From Eledone cirrhosa (Eukaryota): a DNA stretch of 64,000 nucleotides. The notes beneath the pieces are model-generated. The model saw nothing but the letters and a program-made list of their open reading frames with translations, ran no database searches and was not told where the DNA came from. Of this stretch, positions 39,201 to 49,764 are shown piece after piece. The stretch is from assembly GCA_964016885.1 (NCBI GenBank), contig OZ024759.1, positions 12,710,001 through 12,774,000 on the forward strand. The letters run 5' to 3'. The position numbers and the translations under genes are program-made. How positions within the stretch are numbered: position 1 is the stretch's first letter; each line of letters opens with the position of its first letter.

Positions 39201-40693
39201 TACTGATGTGGTCTATGTAGACCCATCCAACCCTTAGTAACCCCCTTCAGTACTGACGTGGTCTATGTAGACCCATCCAACCCTTAGTAGTCCCCTTCAG
39301 TACTGATGTGGTCTATGTAGACCCATCCAACCCTTAGTAACCCCCTTCAGTACTGACGTGGTCTATGTAGACCCATCCAACCCTTAGTAGTCCCCTTCAG
39401 TACTGACGTGGTCTATGTAGACCCATCCAACCCTTAGTAGTCCCCTTCAGTACTGACGTGGTCTATGTAGACCCATCCAACCCTTAGTAACCCCCTTCAG
39501 TACTGACGTGGTCTATGTAGACCCATCCAACCCTTAGTAGTCCCCTTCAGTACTGATGTGGTCTATGTAGACCCATCCAACCCTTAGTAACCCCCTTCAG
39601 TACTGACGTGGTCTATGTAGACCCATGTAACCCTTAGTAACCCCCTTCAGTACTGATGTGGTCTATGTAGACCCATCCAACCCTTAGTAACCCCCCCTTC
39701 AGTACTGACGTGGTCTATGTAGACCCATCCAACCCTTAGTAACCCCCTTCAGTACTGACGTGGTCTATGTAGACCCATCCAACCCTTAGTAGTCCCCTTC
39801 AGTACTGATGTGGTCTATGTAGACCCATCCAACCCTTAGTAACCCCCTTCAGTACTGACGTGGTCTATGTAGACCCATGTAACCCTTAGTAACCCCCTTC
39901 AGTACTGACGTGGTCTATGTAGACCCATGTAACCCTTAGTAACCCCCTTCAGTACTGACGTGGTCTATGTAGACCCATCCAACCCTTAGTAGCCCCCTTC
40001 AGTACTGACGTGGTCTATGTAGACCCATCCAACCCTTAGTAACCCCCTTCAGTACTGACGTGGTCTATGTAGACCCATGTAACCCTTAGTAACCCCCTTC
40101 AGTACTGACGTGGTCTATGTAGACCCATCCAACCCTTAGTAACCCCCCCTTCAGTACTGACGTGGTCTATGTAGACCCATCCAACCCTTAGTAACCCCCT
40201 TCAGTACTGACGTGGTCTATGTAGACCCATCCAACCCTTAGTAGTCCCCTTCAGTACTGATGTGGTCTATGTAGACCCATCCAACCCTTAGTAGTCCCCT
40301 TCAGTACTGATGTGGTCTATGTAGACCCATCCAACCCTTAGTAACCCCCTTCAGTACTGACGTGGTCTATGTAGACCCATCCAACCCTTAGTAGTCCCCT
40401 TCAGTACTGATGTGGTCTATGTAGACCCATCCAACCCTTAGTAACCCCCTTCAGTACTGACGTGGTCTATGTAGACCCATCCAACCCTTAGTAGTCCCCT
40501 TCAGTACTGACGTGGTCTATGTAGACCCATCCAACCCTTAGTAGTCCCCTTCAGTACTGACGTGGTCTATGTAGACCCATCCAACCCTTAGTAACCCCCT
40601 TCAGTACTGACGTGGTCTATGTAGACCCATCCAACCCTTAGTAACCCCCTTCAGTACTGACGTGGTCTATGTAGACCCATCCAACACTTAGTA
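30296..40693. repeat. 50-bp satellite, about 205 units, inside the large TOLLIP intron
   Basis: Unit gacgtggtctatgtagacccatccaacccttagtaacccccttcagtact with a small set of recurrent variants. Confidence 0.98.
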
Positions 40694-40899
40694 ATGATGA
40701 TTTGTAGGTATTTCCACTGTTGTCTGTTTTGAGGTCAGAGTTAAATATGCTGTTGTAGGTGACAGTAGAGAATGTTATTGTCTTGTCTTGTTAATCACCT
40801 GGATTATTAGTGCAGCTAGTAATTATGTCACCTGAGAGGGGAGGGATGGGATTAGGGGATAGGTGATGGAGGTTTTCACACTTGTCAAAATACTCTAAT

Positions 40900-41195
40900 T
40901 TATAGGAGTCCAGCTAAACCTACATAGGCGAGAGCTGTAACTACATGATAGGACTGGGTCAACTATTATTTAAACACCCAAGAAACCTCCTATGAGATAC
41001 AACCTTGTAGAAGGCCAGCTAAACCTACATAGGAAAGAGCTGTGACAACATGATAGGACTGGGTCCCTGTCATTTAAACACTCAAGAAACCTCCTATGAA
41101 ATACAAACGTGCAAGAGGCCTGCTAAACCTACATAGGTGTGAGCTTTAACAACAACATGATAGAATTGGGGTCTCTATCATTAAAACACCCAATA
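40900..41195 (-). repeat. Inverted, diverged copies of the 103-bp repeat
   Basis: ctaaacctacatagg..gagctgtaac..caagaaacctcctatgagatacaaccttgtag is the reverse complement of the 15950-17090 unit. Confidence 0.8.
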
Positions 41196-41244
41196 TCATG
41201 AGGTAGAAGTTAAGGGTTAAAACACTCGCTTCATGGGGTTCCTT

Positions 41245-41408
41245 CTGTGAAGAACTGCTATCCAGCTCTCCTGAGAGTTTCTTCTCTGAAGACCTTCTGC
41301 TGTCCAGCTCTCCTAAGAGTTTCTTCTCTGAAGACCTTCTGCTGTCCAGCTCTCCTAAGAGTTTCTTCTCTGAAGACCTTCTGCTGTCCAGCTCTCCTAA
41401 GAGTTTCT
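41245..41408. repeat. 42-bp tandem repeat x4
   Basis: ctgaagaccttctgctgtccagctctcctaagagtttcttct. Confidence 0.88.
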
Positions 41409-41684
41409 TACCACTTACTCTCAGGTCTTGAATAATTGTCCCCCACTTATTAATTTTGGCTAATCCATCTCGGGCGAAATTTTATTGTAAGTGATTCCTA
41501 TTGATACAGCAGCTGGAGAATCTTATAATTGTTTTATTTTACATAAAAAACCAAATTATATATGACAAAAAAAGAACATTATAAAAAATCCCATATTTAC
41601 AAACGTACACTATACAATTACCGATTTCCCCACCACATTATTTGGTACCCGAGAGTATATGAGGCCATATAAACCTACAAAGGG

Positions 41685-41965
41685 TGGAGGCGCGTGGCCT
41701 AGTGGCAAGGGTGTTGGACTTACGATCATCATGTGGGTTTGATTCCTAAACTGGGTTGTGTGTTGTGTTCTTAAGTAAAACACTTCATTTTACGTTGCTC
41801 CAGTATACTCAGCTGTAAACGAGTACCAGCAATAACTGGGGGTTTAACCCTCTGATAGACTGGTGTCCTGTCCAGGGGGGAGTCTTGTACTCTCAGTCAA
41901 TTCATGCCATGGAACCAGGATAAGCACTGGCCTGATGAGAACTCCAGGCTTAAGACAGACTTTAG
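41685..41965 (+). mobile_element. tRNA-derived SINE (related to 27195-27490)
   Basis: ggaggcgcgtggcctagtgg head, gggtttgattcc B box, gatagactggtgtcctgtccagggg core. Confidence 0.8.
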
Positions 41966-42154
41966 CCTAGAAACCTACAAAGGTGTGAGCTGTAACAACA
42001 GGACTGAGGTCTAGTCATAAAACACCTGACGGTTTATATATCACATCCAGCCTGATCTTATTACCAGATTTATACAATCCTGTCTACAGCTCACTTAACA
42101 GGCTTTATTACAAGATTCATGCTTGTCAAAGTGAATAAATCTTTTATATTTCTT

Positions 42155-42710
42155 TTGTGTGAGTGTGTATATATGTTGGTGTGTGTGTGTATATGTTGGT
42201 GTTGGTGTGTGTATATATGTTGGTGTGTGTGTATATGTTGGTGTGTGTGTGTATATGTTGGTGTGTGTGTATATGTTGGTGTGTGTATATATATGTTGGT
42301 GTGTGTGTGTATGTTGGTGTGTGTGTATGTTAGTGTGTGTGATGATTGTTAATTTTGTTCTTCAATACAAGCCTCTATTATCACCACCACCACTATAATA
42401 CTACCACCACTACCACCACACCACCACACTACTGTGACTACCAACACCACCACTATACTACCACTACTACCACCACACCACTACCACCACACCACTACCA
42501 CCACACCACCACCACTATACTACCACTACTACCACCACACCACCACCACTACTGTTACTACCATCACCACTACTCTTACTACCACCACCACTACTACTAC
42601 TGTTACCACCACTACAACCACACCACCACCCAACTACCACCACCACCACTACCACCACCACCCCACTACTACCACCACCACCACCCCACTACTACCACCA
42701 CCACCACCGG
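42155..42710. repeat. (GT)n-rich and (CAC/TAC)n simple repeats
   Basis: Low-complexity tracts. Confidence 0.9.
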
Positions 42711-42944
42711 ACAAATCCTATATCTTCAGTGTATTTCTCACTCCCCTTTACCTTATCCCCCCCCCCTCTCTCTCTCTATATATATACGTATATATATATA
42801 TTAAAGAGTTAAACAAAATTCAATGAGTATATCAAAGAATGAGTTTTACAGTAGATTGGAAGCACTCTACAGAAAATAATTTTCCAGAGTTATTAATATT
42901 AAAATACAAATATTAATAAAATTGATGTTCTTTTTATCAATTAA

Positions 42945-42997
42945 ATGTTATTATACATATTTCTGAGGTACAACAGTACGTCCTCATCAGACAAAAT
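42945..42997 (-). ncRNA. Degenerate hammerhead motif, same family
   Basis: Minus strand ATTTTGT-CTGATGA-GGACGTACTGTTGTACCTCA-GAAA-TATGTATA-ATAACAT; base of stem II and stem I imperfect. Confidence 0.5.
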
Positions 42998-43028
42998 ATA
43001 ATGATACATGACATACCCTGAGACATTA

Positions 43029-43105
<77 letters not shown>

Positions 43106-43237
43106 GTAGAAGTTCTATTTAAATTGTTGGGATACAACAAGCAAATATTTTTATAACTGATATAAAGCACTCAACAAATTATTGGAGTAAATATACGATA
43201 TATTAACAAATGGAAACTATATTTATAAAATCATATT

Positions 43238-43302
43238 TATTTCATTATACATATTTCAAGGACACCAAGTTAAATTATGGTGTGCTTTCATCAGATAAAA
43301 TA
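43238..43302 (-). ncRNA. Type-I hammerhead ribozyme motif (inverted twin)
   Basis: Reverse complement of 43436-43500. Confidence 0.72.
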
Positions 43303-43435
43303 TAATATAGAGCAGTTTTATAAATAAATATTGACATACCCTTAAAGAATGCAACCATTACTGGGAGCTTCCAACAGAAATAGTTGCATTCTTTAAGGGT
43401 ATGTCAATATTTATTTATAAAACTGCTCTATATTA

Positions 43436-43500
43436 TATTTTATCTGATGAAAGCACACCATAATTTAACTTGGTGTCCTTGAAATATGTATAATGAAATA
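43436..43500 (+). ncRNA. Type-I hammerhead ribozyme motif
   Basis: Stem I TATTTTAT/ATGAAATA; core CTGATGA (43444-43450); stem II AAGCACACCA/TGGTGTCCTT (9 of 10 bp); GAAA (43481-43484); short near-palindromic stem III ATATGTAT; AUA cleavage triplet. Confidence 0.75.
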
Positions 43501-43569
43501 AATATGGTTTTATAAATATAGTTTCCATTTGTTAATATATCGTATATTTATATATTTGTGTATATGTAA

Positions 43570-44360
43570 TCTCTCTTTCCACCTCTCTCTCTTTCATCCT
43601 CTCTATATATGTCTCCTCTCTCTCCACTTCACCCTCTCTCTATATATATCTCCTCTCTCTCCACTTCATCCTCTCTATATATATATACCCTCTCTCTCTC
43701 CTTCACCCTCTCTCTATATCTCCTCTCTCCTTCACCCCTTCTCTCTATATCACCTCTCTCCTTCACCCTCTCTCTATATCTCCTCTCTCCTTCACCCCCT
43801 CTCTCTATATCACCTCTCTCCTTCACCCTCTCTCTATATCTCCTCTCTCCTTCACCCTCTCTCTATATATCTACCCCTCTCTTTATATCTCCTCCCCCTC
43901 TCTATATCTCCACCCCCTCTCTCTATATCTCCTCTCTCCTTCACCCCCTCTCTCTATATCTCTCTCCTTCACCCCCTCTCTCTATATCTCTCTCCTTCAC
44001 CCCCTCTCTCTATATCTCTCTCCTTCACACCCTCTCTATATCTCCTCTCTCCTTCACCCCCTCTCTCCTTCACACCCTCTCTCTATATCTTCTCTCTCCT
44101 TCACCCCTCTCTCTATATCTCCTCTCTTCTTCACCCCCTCTCTCTATATCTCCTCTCTCCTTCACCCCCCTCTCTTTATATCTCCTCTCTCCTTCACCCC
44201 CTCTCTTTATATCTCCTCTCTCCTTCACCCCCTCTCTATATCTCCTCTCTCCTTCACCCCCTCTCTCTATATCTCCTCTCTCCTTCACCCCCTCTCTCTA
44301 TATCTCCTCTCTCCTTCACCCCCTCTCTCTCTCTATATATCTCCTCTCCCTCTCCCCACT
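43570..44360. repeat. Pyrimidine-rich (CT) minisatellite
   Basis: ccttcaccccctctctctatatctcctctct-like units. Confidence 0.9.
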
Positions 44361-44677
44361 AAACAATAACACTCCCCCTCCCACACTATCAAATGTCTAG
44401 CCTACTATTATTAAAGTTACTTTGTTATCAGGGTTTTTTGTTTAAGTTATTTTTAAATCATAAAAATTGTGACTTCATATCCTTGTCTGGTGTGTCATCG
44501 TCATTATTATTGTTGCTGTCACCTTGAACTAACCAGCTCCAGGCCATATATATATATACACACATAAGATATATATACACATATAAGATATATATATAAG
44601 ATACTGATATACACGAAATGATGAGGACCTACATTCAACAATATCCCAACCCTACAATATCAGTATATACAATGCAG

Positions 44678-44740
44678 GGTAGAGAAAACGCCCCCAGTTG
44701 GATTAATCCCCCTGTCATCCACTACGTACAACCAGCTCAG
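44678..44740 (+). CDS. Candidate alternative TOLLIP exon (63 nt, phase 0/0)
   Basis: tgcag|GGT...CAG|gtagtt; GRENAPSWINPPVIHYVQPAQ; frame-compatible between 24029 and 47375; weak pyrimidine tract. Confidence 0.35.
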
Positions 44741-44954
44741 GTAGTTTTGTTTTACTATTATTTTATGGCAGTATCGGAAGAGGGCCGGACGCCTTGCTTT
44801 GAAGCATAGAGTTACCTCCCTTTATGATCTGAGTTCAAATCCCGCCGAGGTTAACTTTGCCTTTCATCCTTATGGGGTCGATAAAATAAAGTACCAGTAA
44901 TACACTGGTAATTGCTGGCCTTGTGCCTAAAGTAGAAACAATTATTTTATTTAA

Positions 44955-45426
44955 CCCTTTAGCATTCAAGCTGGCCGTTTCTGGCCAGAATTCTCTCACC
45001 TCTTTTTGTTCAAACTGGCTGTAACTGGCTGCTTATACTTATGTTAGGGTATTGTTCTCAAAATAAATAGTTTCATTTATTGGCCACAAGGGCCAACATA
45101 TAGGGGACAATACAAAAGACAGGGACAGTGGGGGGGGGTTTACATATAACAATATGAATATCAATAAAAATACAAAGAAAATTCCCCAATAGGGGGGATG
45201 ACCACCCAGGGTTCACTCAGGTAACCCACCAATCGTGAATGACACGACGCTTCGAGAGCACCCGGGAAGGGCACCCCTCTCCTCCTCATTCACCCACCTA
45301 CAAGTGCATGATCAGAGTAGGCCCCCTCACACGAGCCATTCTCAAAGTAAATAATATCAAAATCTCGTAGATTCGATATTATGTGAGGAAAAGCCTTTAC
45401 TGTGGAGTAATGTAAATGCTAGAGGG
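44955..45426 (-). mobile_element. piggyBac-type MITE with LINE insertion
   Basis: TTAA flanks 44951-44954 and 45427-45430. Confidence 0.85.
45070..45338 (-). mobile_element. 5'-truncated non-LTR retroelement 3' end (Tx1/L1-like, tentative)
   Basis: 15-bp TSD TTCTCAAA(A/G)TAAATA (45055-45069, 45339-45353); minus-strand ORF end MARVRGPTLIMHL*; AATAAA at the 3' end. Confidence 0.65.
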
Positions 45427-45819
45427 TTAAGAGGGGCGAAACAATATGGTGGAGGTGATGTTTCAATTTGGCTTAATCTTGTTTTAACTTTGTATTCTAT
45501 TTGTCTATCTGTCTATCTCTCTGTCCGCTTGTCTCTGTCTATCTCTCTGTCCGCTTGTCTCTGTCTATCTCTCTGTCCGCTTGTCTCTGTCTATCTCTCT
45601 GTCTGGTCCATCTTTCTTCCTTCATTCTCTCTCTCTCTCTCCAAAGTAAACAAGAAGAAAAAATGAAAAGTGTTATATATATCCAACTGTAAACACCATT
45701 ACTGTACGCAAACACATAAATATGTGTTTGCGTATGTATATATCCTCTTTTACATGCACTACCTACCACACACACACACACACACACATATATAGAGAAG
45801 TGACACATGAGTTGATATT

Positions 45820-46317
45820 TATAAACAAATAGTAAAAAGGAAAAAAATACAGTAGAAAATGCTGGAGGGATTTTTTTTCAGTATTACATCAAAACATTTA
45901 TTTACAAAGTAGGGATTTCCACATTTAATTGTACCGGTTTCAGCTTTCAGCTTTATATGTTTTTTCAACGACAGAAGTGTAAAATGCAGGTAAATTGCAT
46001 ATTAATAAGAATAATAATAAAATGGAGAAAAATTTTTTTTAGTTTTTACATACATATTTAGGGAGAAAAGTTCATGTTTTTGTCTGTAGTTTTCTTTCGT
46101 TCTCTGTTAGTGTTGACCTTCTGAGAACAAAAGAAAACTACAGACAAAATATGAACTATACACTATACACTTTCGTTGTTGAAAAAGCATATAAAGCTGA
46201 AATTGGTATGATTAAATGCGGAAATCCCTGCTTTGTGAATAAATGTTTTGATGTTATACTGAAAAAATCCCTCTAGTATTTTCTACTGTATATTTTCCTT
46301 TTTACTATTTGTTTATA
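45820..46317. repeat. Fold-back of about 500 bp (arms about 155 bp) with nested hairpin 46069-46157
   Basis: tataaacaaatagtaaaaagg...cagaagtgt / acactttcg...cctttttactatttgtttata. Confidence 0.9.
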
Positions 46318-46331
46318 TATATATATATGTA

Positions 46332-46941
46332 CGTCTGGCAACTGACTTGGTAAACACCAGCAAAATTATTAACCATCTTGCCAACAACAAGCCTGAACAT
46401 CTTTTCGAATTCCATGTGTCTAATACACGTGGGCATGCTTACAAAGTCAGAAGACAACACAGCTCCCATGACTTTTGGAAACATTTTTTCACACTCAGAG
46501 TTGCTGAAACATGGAACAAACTACCTGTATCAGTTGTTAGCTGTCGAGACACTGCATCCTTTAAAACCTCCATGGAACAAACTCCCTGCATCAGTTGTTA
46601 GCTGTCGGGACACTGCATCCTTTAAAACCTCCATGGAACAAACTACCTGCATCAGTTGTCAGCTGTCGGACACTGCATCCTTTAAAACCTCCATGGAACA
46701 AACTACCTGCATCAGTTGTTAGCTGTCGAGACACTGCATCCTTCAAAACCTCCATGCTTCCCCAAATTCGCCAACACTACACCTGATATCCCCTCTCCAT
46801 ATACGCACACATGTATATCATGACTAATACACCCTTCATTTTCCTGACATTTTAACATTATTCTATGGACTATACATGCCCCTTTGATGAGATGTAGTGC
46901 ACCTGAGCACTGTACACAATAATTTCATTATTATTATTATT
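46332..46941 (+). mobile_element. CR1-clade LINE 3' fragment with internal ~60-bp tandem repeat
   Basis: NTRGHAYKV...FFTLRVAETWNKLPVSVV..SFK; (ATT)n tail. Confidence 0.85.
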
Positions 46942-47374
46942 AGAGTTACGGCCCTTTATGATCTGAGTTCAAATCCCGCCGAGGTTAACTTTGCCTTTCA
47001 TCCTTACGGGGTCGATAAAATAAAGTACCAGTAATGTACTGGGTATTTGCTGGCCTTGTGCCAAAAGTAGAAACAATTATTATTATCCAGGGCAGTGGAT
47101 TGGCAGTATCGGTAAAGAGTCGGACACCATGCTTTGTAGCATAGAGTTACGGCCCTTTACAGTCTGAGTTCAAATCCCGCCAAGGTTAACTTTGCCTTTC
47201 ATCCTTAAGGGGTCGATAAAATAAAGCACCAGTAACGTACTGGGGTCAACTTAATCGACTTTCCCCTTCCCCCAAATTACTGGCCTTGTGTCTACACTAG
47301 AAATTCTTATTATCCAGCTGTATAGCTCTATTACTATGTATATACTAATATCCAGCTTCTCCTTCTTACTGCAG

Positions 47375-47480
47375 CCTGTCCAAAACCTTACGATGGGGAG
47401 TTTTATTTGTCCCCAACAAACAATGGTGATCCCACAAGTGGTCAGCCCTGGAATGTTTTATGCTCCCATGCAACCTGTAG
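47375..47480 (+). CDS. TOLLIP: TOLLIP coding exon (Pro/Gln/Met-rich linker)
   Basis: Pyrimidine tract then ctgcag|CCT; G|gtaagt donor; 106 nt, phase 0/1, joins its neighbours in frame; PVQNLTMGSFICPQQTMVIPQVVSPGMFYAPMQPV. Confidence 0.85.
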
Positions 47481-47496
47481 GTAAGTACAGCTGTTA

Positions 47497-48740
47497 CATC
47501 ATCATCAGCACCACCAACAATGACCACCACCACCACTAACACCAACAATGACCACCACCATCACCACTATTACCACCACCACCACTAACACCAACAATGA
47601 CCATACCACTACTAACACCAACAATACCACCACCACCACCACCAATACCAACAATACCGCCACTAACATCAACAATATCACCACTATTACCACCACCACC
47701 ACTAACACCAACACCACCACCACCACTAACACCAACACCACCACCATCACTAACACCAACACCACCACTAACACCAACAATGACCACCACCACCACCTCC
47801 AACACCATCACTAACACCAACACCACCACCACCACCTCCAACACCACCACCATCACTAACACCAACACCACCACTAACACCAACAATGACCACCACCACC
47901 ACCACCATCACCACCACCACCACCACTAACACCACCACCACCTCTAACACCAACAATGACCACCACCACCATCACCACTATTACCACCACCACCACTAAC
48001 ACCAACAATGACCACCACCACCATCACCACTATTACCACCACCACCACCACCTCTAACACCAACACCACCACTAACACCAACAACACCACCACCATCACC
48101 AATACCAACACCACCACCACTAACACCACCACCACCACTAACACCAACACCACCACCACCACTAACACCACCACCACCACTAACACCAACACCACCACCA
48201 TCTCTAACACCAACACCACCACCATCACTAACACCACCACCACCACCACCACCACTAACACCACCACCATCACTAACAGCAACACCAACACCACCACTAA
48301 CACCAACAATGACCACCACCACCATCACCACTATTACCACCACCACCACCATTAACACCAACAACACCACCACCATCACCAATTCCAACAATACCACCAC
48401 TAACATCAACAATACCACCACCATCACCACCACCACTAACACCAACAATACCACCACCACTAACACCAACACCGCCATCACCATCACCACTAACACCAAC
48501 AATACCACCACCACTACCACTAACACCAACACCACAATCACCACTAACACCAACACCACCACCACTAACACCACCACCACTAACACCACCACCACTAACA
48601 CCACCACCACTAACACCAACAACAATACCACCACCATCACTAACACCAACAACAATACCACCACCATCACTAACACCAACAACACCACCATCATCACCAC
48701 CATCACCTATAACAACACCACCATCAACAATACAACTACC
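47497..48740. repeat. (CAC/CAA/TAA)n tract filling most of the last intron
   Basis: Begins about 16 nt after the 47480 donor. Confidence 0.92.
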
Positions 48741-48859
48741 TCACCTCTAAGCCTCTCCCCCCTGGGGTTGTACCAATGTTAAAAATAATAATTATTATAA
48801 GATATAATGTGTAATTGTGTACATGTGTCTCACTGCCTGTCTGTGTGTCTCTGTTACAG

Positions 48860-49065
48860 TTGGTGGTACTCCAGTTTATCAAACAGCCCAAATACCTCCA
48901 GCCCCCGTACAACAAACTCCAGCGTATACAGACTCCGATGTTCAACAAATGAAAGACATGTTCCCCGGGATAGAAACCAATGTCATACAGTCAGTTTTCA
49001 TTGCACAACGAGGCAACAAGAATGCCGTGATTAACTCACTTTTGTCGATGAGTTCAGAACAATAA
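48860..49065 (+). CDS. TOLLIP: TOLLIP last coding exon (CUE ubiquitin-binding domain)
   Basis: ttacag|TT acceptor (phase 1); DVQQMKDMFPGIETNVIQSVFIAQRGNKNAVINSLLSMSSEQ* has the CUE MFP and LL motifs and matches [38 protein letters not shown]. Confidence 0.96.
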
Positions 49066-49237
49066 GCTGTTTGTTCTCCTCTCACCTGCTCCACCTCGAT
49101 AACAGTTTGTTCTCCTCTCACCTGTTTCACCTCGTTAACAGAAAGAAAAAGAAAAAAAACCAAAAGCAACATGGCATTATAAAACGTAGGGGTTTGAAAT
49201 ACCAGTATTAGATTAAAAATTTTTTAAATCCCCTCAA

Positions 49238-49243
49238 AATAAA
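49238..49243 (+). promoter_or_regulatory. Possible TOLLIP polyadenylation signal
   Basis: First AATAAA after the stop codon; AT-rich context, so it may be chance. Confidence 0.25.
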
Positions 49244-49764
49244 AATATAATGAAATGAAATTAAAAAAAAAAAACTCCTCTCCGAAATCCTTCCCCATCC
49301 CGACCCCCTCCTTAAATCGACAAGGGTCTGTCTTCAAAAGTTGTTAAGAGTTCTCTTAAAGAGACAAAACTAACCCCATGTTCCCGACAAACCTTAACCA
49401 CTCCAACTAATGCTCCTCCCCTATTATAGCTGGTATATACAACAAAGGGGACCAGTTCTTGACAACAGCTTTCACTGCTGTTCACAACCTTTCATTAATT
49501 GTGAAGAATTTCAAATTTGCTTCGTCTTTTCTTGTGGAAAACCCCTTACCTTTAATTCTACAGAAACCTGTTTAAGTAATCTGTGTTATTTATATAATTG
49601 TTGGCCTTGTGCCTAAATTAGAAACCATTATTATTACGGGTGGGCGTCACCATTTACAGTGAAATAGGGTTCTATTTCCTTAATTTCCCCCTCTAGTTAG
49701 ATTATTTTATTTACTACTAATTTTTCATCCAGTACCCTTCGTATTTCCTCAGTCCACCCCACGC

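Larger units (their letters stand above)
43188..43550. repeat. Near-perfect 363-bp palindrome
   Basis: Arms of about 168 bp with one G-T mismatch seen; short imperfect centre near 43369. Confidence 0.95.

Noticed and set aside
30296-40693. CRISPR-like regular array
   Set aside because: No unique spacers, no cas genes, eukaryotic intron; it is a plain tandem satellite
47505-48782. Thr/Asn-rich mucin-like or Val-rich ORFs (also 9185-10179, 42346-42826)
   Set aside because: Trinucleotide repeats inside introns; no splice or domain support
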